Of a DNA stretch of 64,000 nt, positions 20,457 through 31,135 are shown one piece after another. The notes under the pieces were generated by a model. It did no database searches, was not told where the DNA came from, and saw only the letters and a program-made list of their open reading frames with translations. The translations under genes were made by a program, and so were the position numbers. This DNA is from Alphaproteobacteria bacterium. GTDB lineage: Bacteria > Pseudomonadota > Alphaproteobacteria > CALKHQ01. How positions within the stretch are numbered: the stretch's first letter is position 1; each line of letters begins with the position of its first letter. The stretch is from contig CBDDFZ010000001.1 of NCBI GenBank assembly GCA_965227515.1, positions 3,017,600-3,081,599 of the forward strand, given 5' to 3'.

Positions 20457-21346
20457 CAGTAGTGCACCCGGCGTTCGATGTACTTGAACTGAATGGTGGT
20501 CAGGCCGATCACGATGATCATCAGCACCACCGACTGCGCGGCCGACCCGCCATAGTCATGTGCCTGAATGGCGTCGTACCAGACCTTGTAAACCAGCGTC
20601 TTGGTTGCACCGGGGGAACCTGGGCCGCCATCGGTGACCGCGTGGATGATGCCGAAGGTGTCGAAGAACGCGTAGACGATGTTGACCACCAGCAGGAAGA
20701 ACGTGGTCGGCGACAGCAGTGGAAACACGATCGTCCAGAACCGCTTGACCGGCCCGGCGCTGTCGATCGCCGCGGCTTCCAGCAACGAACTCGGAATGGC
20801 CTGCAGCCCCGCCAGGAAGAACAGGAAATTGTAGCTGATCTGCTTCCAGGCCGCGGCAATGATGACCAGCAGCAGGGCCTGGTCGCCGTTCACGCGGTAG
20901 TTCCAGTCGATCCCGACGCTTTCGATACCGGAAGCGACGATGCCGAAGACCGGGTGAAACAGAAACACCCAGATTGCGCCCGCGACGGCGGGTGCGACCG
21001 CGTAGGGCCAGATCAGGAGACCGCGGATGATCGACCCGCCGCGGATCAGCCTGTCCGCCATCACCGCCAGCAGCAGGGCGAAGCCCATCGCAAGGACAGT
21101 GACCGCGATGGCGAAGACGAAGGTTGTCGTCAGGCTGTGCAGGTATTCCTGGTCGGTGAAGATATTGATGAAGTTATCGAACCAGACGAACCGCTGCTCG
21201 CCGGTGAAGGAATTGGTCACGCGAAAGGCGGACCCATAGATGGCCTGCCCGGCCGGGTAGAGAAAGAACACGGCCGTGATCGCAAGCTGGGGCAGGACCA
21301 GCAGGTAGGGCAGCGTTCTGCTGCGAAAGACGACTTGGGCTTGCAT
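20456..21346 (-). CDS. carbohydrate ABC transporter permease (UgpA/MalF-like)
   Basis: Permease with EAAAIDSAGPVKRFWTIVFP. Overlaps the downstream permease by 1 nt. Confidence 0.85.
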   Translation of the reverse strand: MQAQVVFRSRTLPYLLVLPQLAITAVFFLYPAGQAIYGSAFRVTNSFTGEQRFVWFDNFINIFTDQEYLHSLTTTFVFAIAVTVLAMGFALLLAVMADRLIRGGSIIRGLLIWPYAVAPAVAGAIWVFLFHPVFGIVASGIESVGIDWNYRVNGDQALLLVIIAAAWKQISYNFLFFLAGLQAIPSSLLEAAAIDSAGPVKRFWTIVFPLLSPTTFFLLVVNIVYAFFDTFGIIHAVTDGGPGSPGATKTLVYKVWYDAIQAHDYGGSAAQSVVLMIIVIGLTTIQFKYIERRVHY

Positions 21347-21366
21347 GCGTCGGCAACGCTGAGATT

Positions 21367-21553
21367 GGGGCGGGCCTAGTGGAATGAAATTGACATTTGA
21401 ACATCGACTGCAGCGCGCAACCGATCAAATGTCAATTTCGAAAATTCCACTAGAAGACAATCGCTTGCTAGTGGTTCTGGTGTTTCCAACATTTGCAATC
21501 GGTGTAGCCGTTGCGACAGCAAATGTTGGAAACGAACCACTAGTGCCCGCCCC
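21367..21553. repeat. MITE-like element: terminal IR GGGGCGGGCCTAGTGG / CCACTAGTGCCCGCCCC enclosing two ~28-bp-stem hairpins
   Basis: Hairpin 1 is CTAGTGGAATGAAATTGACATTTGA ... TCAAATGTCAATTTCGAAAATTCCACTAG. Hairpin 2 is CTAGTGGTTCTGGTGTTTCCAACATTTGC ... GCAAATGTTGGAAACGAACCACTAG. AT-richer than its surroundings. It occupies the ugpB-ugpA intergenic gap. Confidence 0.8.
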
Positions 21554-21570
21554 GACTGTGCCGTGACAGG

Positions 21571-22878
21571 CTAGCTGTTGTCTTCCTCGAACTGGCGCAA
21601 CAACTCGTTGCCGCGCTCGACCATGGCGTTCAGGGCTTCCTCGGCCGACTTCTGGCCGCCCCAGACCGCTTCCAGCTCCTCGTTGAAGATGTCGCGGATC
21701 TGCACGAAGCTGCCGAAGCGCAGGCCCTTCGAGTTCGCCGTCGGCTCGTTCAGGGTCATCTGGTTGATGGCCACGTCCGCGCCTTCGTTCTCGTCGTAGT
21801 AACCCTGCTCCTTGGTCAGCTCATAGGCCGCATAGGTGATCGGCAGGTAACCGGTGAACTGGTGCCAGTCCGCCTGCACTTCGGCCGACGACAGATAGCT
21901 GAAGAACTGGGCGACACCCGGATACTGCGCGTCATCGTTGCCGGCAAGCACCCACAGCGTGGCGCCGCCGATGATGCTGTTCTGCGGCGCGCCCTCGACG
22001 TCGGGCCAGTACGGCAGCATCGACGTGCCGAACTCGAAGCCCTCGATCGAGGCAATGAGCCCCGCGCGGCCGGCCGACGAGTTGAAGTACATGGCGCAAT
22101 GGCCGCTGGTGAACAGGCCCTGGCCATCACCGCGGCGGCCGCCATATTCGAAGATGCCCGATTCGGACCACTCTTCCATCGCGCTGATGTGGGCGATGTG
22201 CAGCGGGCTGTTGACCTCGAACTCCGTGGCCAGGCCCTCGAACCCGTTCGACAGCGTGCCGATCGGCACGTTGTGCCAGGCCGAGAAGTTCTCGATCATC
22301 ACCCACGACTGCCACGCGGTGGTGAAACCGCATTCGGCCAGGCCGGCGTCCAGAATGGTCTGGGCGTCCTCGGCCAGTTCCGGCCAGGTGGTCGGCGGGC
22401 CATCGATGCCGGCCTCGGCAAAGATGTTCTTGTTCCAGTACATGACCGGAGTCGAGCTGTTGAACGGCATAGACAGCATGTTGCCGTCGGGGTCGGTGTA
22501 GTAGCCGGTGACCGACGCCAGATACGCGCTGGGGTCGAACGGCTCTTCCATGTCGGCCATCAGTTGGTAGACCGGATAGATCGCGCCTTCGGCGGCCATC
22601 ATCGTCGCGGTGCCAACCTCAAAGACCTGCACGATCTCAGGCTGCTCGCCGGCGCGGAAGGCGGCAATCGCCGCGTTCATGGTCTCGGTGTAGTTGCCCT
22701 TGTAGACCGCGGTCACGACGAAGTCGGACTGAGTGGCATTGAAGCCGGCGGCGATCTCCTCGACCTTTTCGCCGAGCGCACCGCCCATGGCGTGCCACCA
22801 CTCGATCTCGGTCTGCGCGTAAGCCTGGCCCGCGCCCATCATCGTCAGTGCCGTCGCACCGAACAGCCACTTTTGCAT
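21571..22878 (-). CDS. ABC transporter substrate-binding protein, family 1 (UgpB-like, sn-glycerol-3-phosphate/sugar)
   Basis: Signal peptide (MQKWLFGATALTMMGAGQAYA), then TEIEWWHAMGG... typical of UgpB-type solute-binding proteins. Confidence 0.85.
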   Translation of the reverse strand: MQKWLFGATALTMMGAGQAYAQTEIEWWHAMGGALGEKVEEIAAGFNATQSDFVVTAVYKGNYTETMNAAIAAFRAGEQPEIVQVFEVGTATMMAAEGAIYPVYQLMADMEEPFDPSAYLASVTGYYTDPDGNMLSMPFNSSTPVMYWNKNIFAEAGIDGPPTTWPELAEDAQTILDAGLAECGFTTAWQSWVMIENFSAWHNVPIGTLSNGFEGLATEFEVNSPLHIAHISAMEEWSESGIFEYGGRRGDGQGLFTSGHCAMYFNSSAGRAGLIASIEGFEFGTSMLPYWPDVEGAPQNSIIGGATLWVLAGNDDAQYPGVAQFFSYLSSAEVQADWHQFTGYLPITYAAYELTKEQGYYDENEGADVAINQMTLNEPTANSKGLRFGSFVQIRDIFNEELEAVWGGQKSAEEALNAMVERGNELLRQFEEDNS

Positions 22879-23070
22879 GCGTCTCCTCCTCCGGGGTGTT
22901 GGCGAGCACCCTAATTAGGGCACGCGCGAAGAGCCTTTTATTTCTCTTTTGAGAAGGATTTATGACAGACGGCGGCGCGTCTGTTAACGCCAAAACGGCC
23001 GGCCGGGGCGTCACCTCAACGTGACGACCTTTGTATTGTTTCCGGCGGGTGCGGTGGCCAAAATGCAAAC

Positions 23071-24054
23071 ATGACGAAATGGAAACGTTGGGCGGGTGCG
23101 CTCGCCGCCGGAATGGCAGCCGCGGTGCTTGCGGTGTCGGCGGCTATGGCCGGCCCGGATGGCTGGCGGCACCGCTGGCCCAACACGGACTTCACCCAGT
23201 ACTCCATCGACTATCACGAGATCATCAGCGGCGGCCCGCCGAGGGACGGCATACCGTCCATCGACGATCCGACATTCGTGCCGGTCGGCGACCGCGATAT
23301 CGATCTGGTCGGGACCGAGCCCGTGATCGTGTTCGCGCTCGACGGCGTCGCGCGGGCTTATCCTCTGCGCATCCTGATGTTCCACGAGATCGTCAATGAC
23401 GTGGTGGCCGGCCAGCCCGTTGCCGTGACCTACTGCCCGCTGTGCAATGCTTCGATCGTGTTCGACCGCACGGTGAACGGCACGGTGCTGGAGTTCGGCA
23501 CGACCGGGCTGCTGCGCAACTCCGACCTGGTGATGTACGACCGGGCGACGGAGAGCTGGTGGCAGCAGTTCGTCGGCACGGCCATCGTCGGCGAGATGAC
23601 CGGCGCGGTGCTGGCCATGCTGCCGTCGCAGGTGGTGCCGTACCGCGAGTTCGCCGACCGATACCCGGACGGCGAGGTGCTGGTGCCGCCGCGCGCGACC
23701 GGGTCATACGGCCGCAACCCCTATGTCGACTACGACACCTCGTCCTGGCCGTTCCTGTTCGATGGCGACTACTACGGCGATCTGGCCCCGTTGGACTATG
23801 TGCTGAAGGTGGGCGAGCAGGCGTGGTCGCTCGCGCTGCTGCGCCAGCAGGGCACGATCCAGATCGACGGCATGACGATTCGCTGGGAGCCGGGCATGAA
23901 CTCGGCCCTCGATGCCAGCCCGATCCCGATGGGACGGGACATCGGCTATGTGTACGTCAACGGGCCGGACGGTGCGCCGGTGGTGCATGACGTGACGTTC
24001 GCCTTCGCGTTCTACGCCTTCCATCCCGACGGCACCATCCACCACATCGAGTAG
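23071..24054 (+). CDS. DUF3179 domain-containing protein
   Basis: Signal peptide. Conserved YPLRIL..HEIVND..VTYCPLC block. Confidence 0.65.
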   Translation: MTKWKRWAGALAAGMAAAVLAVSAAMAGPDGWRHRWPNTDFTQYSIDYHEIISGGPPRDGIPSIDDPTFVPVGDRDIDLVGTEPVIVFALDGVARAYPLRILMFHEIVNDVVAGQPVAVTYCPLCNASIVFDRTVNGTVLEFGTTGLLRNSDLVMYDRATESWWQQFVGTAIVGEMTGAVLAMLPSQVVPYREFADRYPDGEVLVPPRATGSYGRNPYVDYDTSSWPFLFDGDYYGDLAPLDYVLKVGEQAWSLALLRQQGTIQIDGMTIRWEPGMNSALDASPIPMGRDIGYVYVNGPDGAPVVHDVTFAFAFYAFHPDGTIHHIE

Positions 24055-24060
24055 GCCGCC

Positions 24061-24825
24061 ATGCGCACGAACACGACCGCGCTCCAGGTGCTTTGCGGAC
24101 TATCGGCGACGGTTGGGCTTGCCGTGGGGGCCGCCATGCCCGGCTCGGCGGCGGAACCCGATCGGGTGGCGGTGGTGGAGCTGTTCACCTCGCAGAGCTG
24201 CTATTCCTGCCCGCCGGCCGAGGCCTATCTCGGCGAACTGGCGGCGCGCGACGGCGTGATCGCGCTGGAGTGGCATGTCGACTATTGGGACGACCTGGTC
24301 TATGGCAGCCACGGGCGCTGGCAGGATCGCTTCTCCAGCGCGGCGCACACGGCCCGCCAGTCAGCCTACAACGCGGCGATTCGGGGCACCAACGGCGTCT
24401 ACACACCGCAAATGGTGATCAACGGTGCCGTCGAGGCGGTCGGTTCGCGGACCGACACCGTCGATGCCATTCTGAACGCCGCCCTGGCTGACGGGCCGGT
24501 GTTGCCGCTGACCTTGTCGGCCGAGGGCATCGGCGCGATGGCGCTGGCGCCGCAGGCGTTGCCGGCGCGCGACACCAGGCTGTGGCTGGTCACGTTCATC
24601 GAAGCCGAGGTCACGGACGTGCGCAACGGCGAGAATCACGGCAAGATTCTGGAAAACCATCACATCGTGGTCGACGTGCGCGACCTGGGTGCCTGGGATG
24701 GTGCGACTCGCATGGACATCGGCGAGATGGCGCTGCAGCCGGGTGAGGGGTGTGCGGTGCTGGCGCAGGCCGCGGGGCCGGGGCCTATCGTGGCGGCGGG
24801 CTATTGCCCGGATGCCGGGGCGTAA
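24061..24825 (+). CDS. DUF1223 domain-containing protein (thioredoxin-like)
   Basis: ELFTSQSCYSCPPAEAYL...LEWHVDYWD is the DUF1223 signature. Confidence 0.65.
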   Translation: MRTNTTALQVLCGLSATVGLAVGAAMPGSAAEPDRVAVVELFTSQSCYSCPPAEAYLGELAARDGVIALEWHVDYWDDLVYGSHGRWQDRFSSAAHTARQSAYNAAIRGTNGVYTPQMVINGAVEAVGSRTDTVDAILNAALADGPVLPLTLSAEGIGAMALAPQALPARDTRLWLVTFIEAEVTDVRNGENHGKILENHHIVVDVRDLGAWDGATRMDIGEMALQPGEGCAVLAQAAGPGPIVAAGYCPDAGA

Positions 24826-24904
24826 TCCGCCCTGGGGCAGGAAGTCACTCTACGGAAATCATCAAACAATGCGGGTGCGCACCGCCCCCAGCCGGCCACG
24901 ATCG

Positions 24905-24934
24905 TTCGTCGTCGTGGCCGGCCAGGCGCGTATG
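24905..24934. terminator. stem-loop CCGGCCACGA-TCGTTCGTCG-TCGTGGCCGG between convergent genes
   Basis: Perfect 10-bp stem. Between DUF1223 (+) and DUF1127 (-). No clear U tract. Confidence 0.4.
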
Positions 24935-24960
24935 CAGCTTAGGGTGGTCATCGCAGCGGG

Positions 24961-25176
24961 TTAGCGCTGGTAGGTGCCGGCGGCAACCGCCGAGAAGTCG
25001 GCGCGGGTGATGCCGATGTCGTCAAGGGTGCGGTCATCCAGCATGCGCAGTTCGTGCATCACGCGGTTGTACTCGCGGCGCTCATTCCACCACGCGGCAA
25101 TGTGGTGCATCAGGCCGTGCTTGACGCGGTAGGTGCCGGCGCCGGCAACATTGGTGTCGAAGGTGGTAACGGTCAT
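24961..25176 (-). CDS. DUF1127 domain-containing small protein
   Basis: 71 aa with the ...WWNERREYNRVMHELRMLDDRTLDDIGITRAD DUF1127 C-terminal signature. Confidence 0.75.
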   Translation of the reverse strand: MTVTTFDTNVAGAGTYRVKHGLMHHIAAWWNERREYNRVMHELRMLDDRTLDDIGITRADFSAVAAGTYQR

Positions 25177-25343
25177 TGGGATCTCCTATCAGTGTGCGAC
25201 TGCGAACACGGCGTCGCGCCGTGGTGTCGCTCATCCAGATAAGTGCATGATCCTACAATGTCATTACCCTTAGCCCCGCGTATTGTGCGTTGCAGCATTA
25301 CGCATTTTGCAAGGCATTAACCTTGCTGTAACCAACGCGGCCG

Positions 25344-26366
25344 TCAGCCCAGTCGCACAATCTGCTTTCCGGTGTTCTGCCCGGACAGAACGCGCACCAG
25401 GGCAGCGGGCGCGTTCTCCAGTCCATCGACCACATCCTCGGCATAGCGCAGCCGCCCGTCGCGCACCAACGGGGTCAGCGCGGCCACGGCCTCCTCCAGC
25501 CGGTGGAAATGGTCCAGCACCAGGAAGCCTTCCATCCGGGCACGGTGGACCAGCAGGGCGCGGTTGTAGCGCGGGCCCATCGGGGCCGGTGCCGACGGGA
25601 TGCCGATGGTGCCGCAGACCACGATGCGGGCACGATCGTTGATCAGCTCGATGGCCGCGTCGCATTGGTCGCCGCCGACATTGTCGAAGAACACGTCGAT
25701 GCCGTCGGGGCAGGCGTCCGCCAGGGCCGCGGTCAGCGCCTCCACGGAGCCGTGCTTGCGGTAGTTGATCGCCGCGTCGAACCCGAACACATCCAGGCAT
25801 TGGGCGACCTTCTCATCCGATCCCGTCAGCCCGACAGTGCGGCAGCCGAGATCCTTCGCGATCTGGCCGACCGCGCTGCCCACCGCGCCAGCCGCAGTCG
25901 ATACCAGCACCGTCTCGCCGGTCTTCGGCTGGCCCACCTCCATCAGCCCGAACCAGGCGGTGGCGCCATTGATGCCGAGGGCGCCCAATGACGTGGAAAT
26001 CGGCGCCACGTCAGGGTCGACCACGCGATCGACCGTCTTGCCGTCGCTGAGTGCGAATTCCTGCCAGCCGAAGCGCCCGAAGACGCATTGCCCGACTGGG
26101 TGGTCGGGGTGCCGGCTTTCCAGGACCTCGCCGACCGCAAAGCTGAACATGACGTCGCCCAGCGGCACCGGCTCGCGGTAGTTCGCGTTCTCCGCGATCC
26201 AGCCGCGCATGGCCGGGTCGATGGACAGGAACCGGTTGTGGACCACGAACTCGCCATCGCCGGGCGTGGGCCGCGCTCGGGTCTCCAGGGCGAACAGATT
26301 TGTCGTCACGGCCCCTTGCGGCCGTGCCCGCAGCACGACGCACGCATTGCCGTCAGGCTTGGTCAT
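25344..26366 (-). CDS. NADP-dependent oxidoreductase, medium-chain dehydrogenase/reductase family (YncB / alkenal reductase-like)
   Basis: Nucleotide-binding AAGAVGSAVGQIAK. 340 aa. I chose the start MTKPDGNAC over the track's 26393. Confidence 0.8.
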   Translation of the reverse strand: MTKPDGNACVVLRARPQGAVTTNLFALETRARPTPGDGEFVVHNRFLSIDPAMRGWIAENANYREPVPLGDVMFSFAVGEVLESRHPDHPVGQCVFGRFGWQEFALSDGKTVDRVVDPDVAPISTSLGALGINGATAWFGLMEVGQPKTGETVLVSTAAGAVGSAVGQIAKDLGCRTVGLTGSDEKVAQCLDVFGFDAAINYRKHGSVEALTAALADACPDGIDVFFDNVGGDQCDAAIELINDRARIVVCGTIGIPSAPAPMGPRYNRALLVHRARMEGFLVLDHFHRLEEAVAALTPLVRDGRLRYAEDVVDGLENAPAALVRVLSGQNTGKQIVRLG

Positions 26367-26551
26367 AGAAGTGGTCTCCGTTGCCGCGGCCATCGCGGGC
26401 GTTCCGTGACGTGACGGTTGTCACCGCGATTGCAGTTGTGATCGTGCTATTAACCCTCCCGCTGCGATCGAAGATTAGTATGTCGCAGAGGAGATGTGGG
26501 TTATCCCAGCTTCGAAGCGACATACAGGGCGGAACGGAAAGAGGAAAGACA

Positions 26552-27412
26552 ATGGCGGGCAAAGGCGACATTTATTGGGAAGCCATTCAGAAGCAGATGA
26601 TGAATGCCATCGGCGGCAATGACGAGCCGGTCAGCACCGACGATGCATTCTGGGCCGTCATGGATGTTACGGCGGCCATCTGCGATGGCGCGAGCGACAT
26701 TCCGATTGTCGGCATTGTTTCGGGCGCGGTGGGCGCGCTTTACGGCGCGATGAAGGACGCCAAGCCGGAAATGGTGCCGAACCCGTGGTTCATCTGGAAC
26801 GGCCACGACGAGCCCAGCTATGCCTACACCAAGAAGTACCTGCGCAACCGCAACCTGAAGAACCTGGCGTCCGGCCTGCTGGGCAGCGCCGGTAGTGCCG
26901 GCAGCATAGCGACCCAGGTCGACGTTGCCGGCATCATGATTCACGGCAACGCGGTGGCCTCCACGGCGATGCACATGATCAAGCTGAAGGCCATCGGCGC
27001 CGGCTACAAGCGGTCGGAAACGATCACGTCGTGGGTCGACCTGCTGATGAAGATGAAGGCGTTCAAGGCCGGCATTCGCGGCACCCAGTTCGCCGGGGCC
27101 GCCATTCCCATCGGCGCCATCGGCATCACCACTGGCGTCATCGCGGCGGGCGTCAAGCTCGGGGTCAAGCTGACCCAGACCAAGGCATGCCTGGCAACCG
27201 CGTCGGCCCTGCACTGGCGCGCCTATCAGGAGCAGGCGATCAGCGGCGGCCTGCTGGGCAAACGCGGCCAGGTCGGCCCGGCCAGCAAGATCCTCTACGA
27301 GATCTTCGAGAAGCGCGGCGCCACGCGCATCTTCGGCAAGTACGAGGTGGACAAGATCATCAAGGAGCCGTCGGGCTGGATGTGCGTCAACGACAAGCTG
27401 ATGCTGATCTGA
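26552..27412 (+). CDS. hypothetical protein with glycine-zipper-like segments
   Basis: 286 aa. ATG 26552 follows GAGGAAAG. GxxxG-rich stretches (GIVSGAVGALYGA, GSAGSAGS, GAAIPIGAIGITTGVIAAGVKLGV). Visibly lower GC than its neighbours. Followed by a hairpin and a family-2 repeat. Confidence 0.55.
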   Translation: MAGKGDIYWEAIQKQMMNAIGGNDEPVSTDDAFWAVMDVTAAICDGASDIPIVGIVSGAVGALYGAMKDAKPEMVPNPWFIWNGHDEPSYAYTKKYLRNRNLKNLASGLLGSAGSAGSIATQVDVAGIMIHGNAVASTAMHMIKLKAIGAGYKRSETITSWVDLLMKMKAFKAGIRGTQFAGAAIPIGAIGITTGVIAAGVKLGVKLTQTKACLATASALHWRAYQEQAISGGLLGKRGQVGPASKILYEIFEKRGATRIFGKYEVDKIIKEPSGWMCVNDKLMLI

Positions 27413-27429
27413 TCTGCGAATGCACTGTC

Positions 27430-27452
27430 GCCCTCGGGTTTATCCCGAGGGC
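27430..27452 (+). terminator. hairpin GCCCTCGGG-TTTAT-CCCGAGGGC 18 nt after the stop of the hypothetical gene
   Basis: Perfect 9-bp GC-rich stem. No strong U tract. Confidence 0.45.
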
Positions 27453-27534
27453 ATGCCTACCACCTACCAGCCCAACATCGTCATCCTCGGGCTTGTCCCT
27501 ATCGGACTCACACATATCGCCAATACACAATTGT

Positions 27535-27572
27535 CGTCCTCGCCCTTGTGGCGAGGACCCATGTGTGTCCAG
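27535..27572. repeat. repeat family 2 (CGTCCTCGCCCTTGTGGCGAGGACCCATGTGTGTCCAG)
   Basis: Near-identical copy at 56135-56175 (CGTCATCCTCGCCCTCGTGGCGAGGATCCATGTGTGTCCAG). Contains hairpin CCTCGCCCT-TGTG-GCGAGG. Confidence 0.8.
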
Positions 27573-27753
27573 TACTCAGTAGGTTGAGGTCAGCCGGCAA
27601 CTGAAACGGCGATTGGCCATAGGCGATGGGCCGCCCGGACAACCTCAATCGGCACTGGCCCAGACCGCCCCGCAAATGGGCCCTCGCGACGAGCGCGAGG
27701 GCGGCGAAGGAGGGCTGTTTGGCAGTAGCGTCGCCGCGCTACTCGTTCGATCG

Positions 27754-29346
<1,593 letters not shown>

Positions 29347-29483
29347 TCATCGCGAGCGTGCGGTAACACGCGCGGCGATCCAGGCGATTGCGGTGACCTC
29401 ACCGAGAGGAGTACTGGATTGCCGCGTCGCGCCTGACAGGCGCTCCTCGCAATGACGACAATGATAATCGGAACCGGTGCCCC

Positions 29484-29867
29484 TCAGGCCGAGACCTGGA
29501 TGTACCCCCGCTCGATCACCCGCTCCAGGGCCTCGTAGGCGCCGCGCAACTCGTCATAGGCTTGGCGGGCGTGGGTGAGGGCGTCCAGCGTTTCGGCGTT
29601 CGGCACGCCAGTGGAGGCAGAAATCTCAAGCGCCTTGGCCAGATAGACCGCCCGCAGTTCGGCGATCCGCACCGCCATGCGGGTCAGCGCGTCGCGGTCG
29701 AAGCCGGGCAGCTTGCGGCGCAGGATCTCCTGGTTCGCCGACATGATGGTGCGGTCCAGTTCCTCGCGCAGGCGCAACAGGCCCTGGCGGCGCTGCTTGT
29801 CCAATTCGTCGGTCGTGGACAACCGGTCGATCTTGCGGGTCTCGACCATTCCCGAATAGCGGCTCAT
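29484..29867 (-). CDS. hypothetical protein
   Basis: 127-aa ORF with good coding character and a predicted helical protein. No recognisable domain. Confidence 0.5.
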   Translation of the reverse strand: MSRYSGMVETRKIDRLSTTDELDKQRRQGLLRLREELDRTIMSANQEILRRKLPGFDRDALTRMAVRIAELRAVYLAKALEISASTGVPNAETLDALTHARQAYDELRGAYEALERVIERGYIQVSA

Positions 29868-29980
29868 GCCACGGTCTCCAAGGGGCGCTTCGACGGAACG
29901 GAAGCGCCGCCATGGTGGCGGAGTCAGCCTTAATATCCGGTTAGCCGACCGCCGGACTCACCCACTGGGCGTTGCCGGTC

Positions 29981-31087
29981 TTACGGGAAGTAGAAGCTGC
30001 CGTCCCAACTGCCATAGCTGTCGGAAGACACACCATTCTGCACCGAGGCGTCATAGGACCCCTGGCCCGCCGCCGGCACGGCCGTGATCACACCGCCGGC
30101 CAAGCCGACGACACCGGCATGCAGCGCCGCGGTGCACAGGCTGGAATCGTCGGTGTAGATGCCGCTGCCCCAGACCGCGCCGCCGAAGGTGTCCGGCGCA
30201 CAATGGCAGGTCAGCGGCGCCGAGGTGCCGCGCAGCTCCATCATGTTGCCGGGGCACGCCTTGGCGTCTGCGTCGGTCAGCAACTCGGCGGGCACGTCGA
30301 CATTGGGGAAGACATAGCTCCAGTTGAAGGCGGGATAGTCGGCGCTGACGACCCCGTTGCTCTCTGTCCCCTGGTAGCTGTCCTGCCCCGGCGCGCCCTT
30401 CACCACGATCATGCCGCCGCCGGGGCCGACGGCGCCGGCATGCAGGGCCGCGGCGCACAGCGGTGAATCGTGGGTGTAGGTGCCGGTGCCCCATACGGTG
30501 CCGGTCATGGCATCGGGGGCGCAGTAGCAGATGATGGTCAGTGTGGAGTCGACATGCGCCCCGAAAGTCGCCGGGCAGACGGCGTTCGTATCCAGCGCCA
30601 CGATGCTGCCAACCGGCGGGCCGCTGGGCGGCACCGAGACCGCCGGGCCCGGCAGACCGCCGCCATCGGCCAGGCAGTCGCCGACATACCAGCGCAGGCC
30701 CTGCAGGCCGGCACCGTTGAAATTGGGATTGCTCCAGTCCGGGAATTGCTGCTCGTCGGTGTAGAAGCCCCACATCCAGCGGTGCTTGTCGGCGCCGTAC
30801 TGGGCCCAATTGTCCGGCTCGAAATTGGAGAAGATGCCACCGGCGGCGAACAGGCCGTACTGATTGATCCGCCAGGGCTTGCGGCCATTGAACTCGGTGT
30901 CGCCGTTGTAGGCGTTGAGGGTGGATGCGGCGTAGTCGATCCACTCGTCGATACAGGCGCGGCCCGTGTCGGTTTCCCAGGCGTCCTGTGCGCTGGACGG
31001 TGCAGCAGACAGCGCAAGAAACCCGGCCCCGAGCACGCCGGCAAGCCAAGGTAATGCGCGGTGCGGTTTGGTTTCGCCTGTCCTCAT
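29981..31087 (-). CDS. secreted protein with two tandem LCCL domains
   Basis: Signal peptide (…LALSAAPSSAQD). Two repeats of the LCCL pattern C.C.PD..G.VWG(T/S)G.YT.DS.LC.AALHAG.VG..GG.(I/V), at ~aa 187-240 and ~275-330. Confidence 0.75.
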   Translation of the reverse strand: MRTGETKPHRALPWLAGVLGAGFLALSAAPSSAQDAWETDTGRACIDEWIDYAASTLNAYNGDTEFNGRKPWRINQYGLFAAGGIFSNFEPDNWAQYGADKHRWMWGFYTDEQQFPDWSNPNFNGAGLQGLRWYVGDCLADGGGLPGPAVSVPPSGPPVGSIVALDTNAVCPATFGAHVDSTLTIICYCAPDAMTGTVWGTGTYTHDSPLCAAALHAGAVGPGGGMIVVKGAPGQDSYQGTESNGVVSADYPAFNWSYVFPNVDVPAELLTDADAKACPGNMMELRGTSAPLTCHCAPDTFGGAVWGSGIYTDDSSLCTAALHAGVVGLAGGVITAVPAAGQGSYDASVQNGVSSDSYGSWDGSFYFP

Positions 31088-31135
31088 GATCCCCCTCCGG
31101 AATGGTCGTTGCCGGGCCGGCTCGAATGAGAACGG

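Noticed and set aside
22879-23070. Short inverted repeat CGTCAC...GTGACG upstream of the DUF3179 gene
   Set aside because: It is only 6 bp. It is indistinguishable from chance in a divergent promoter region.
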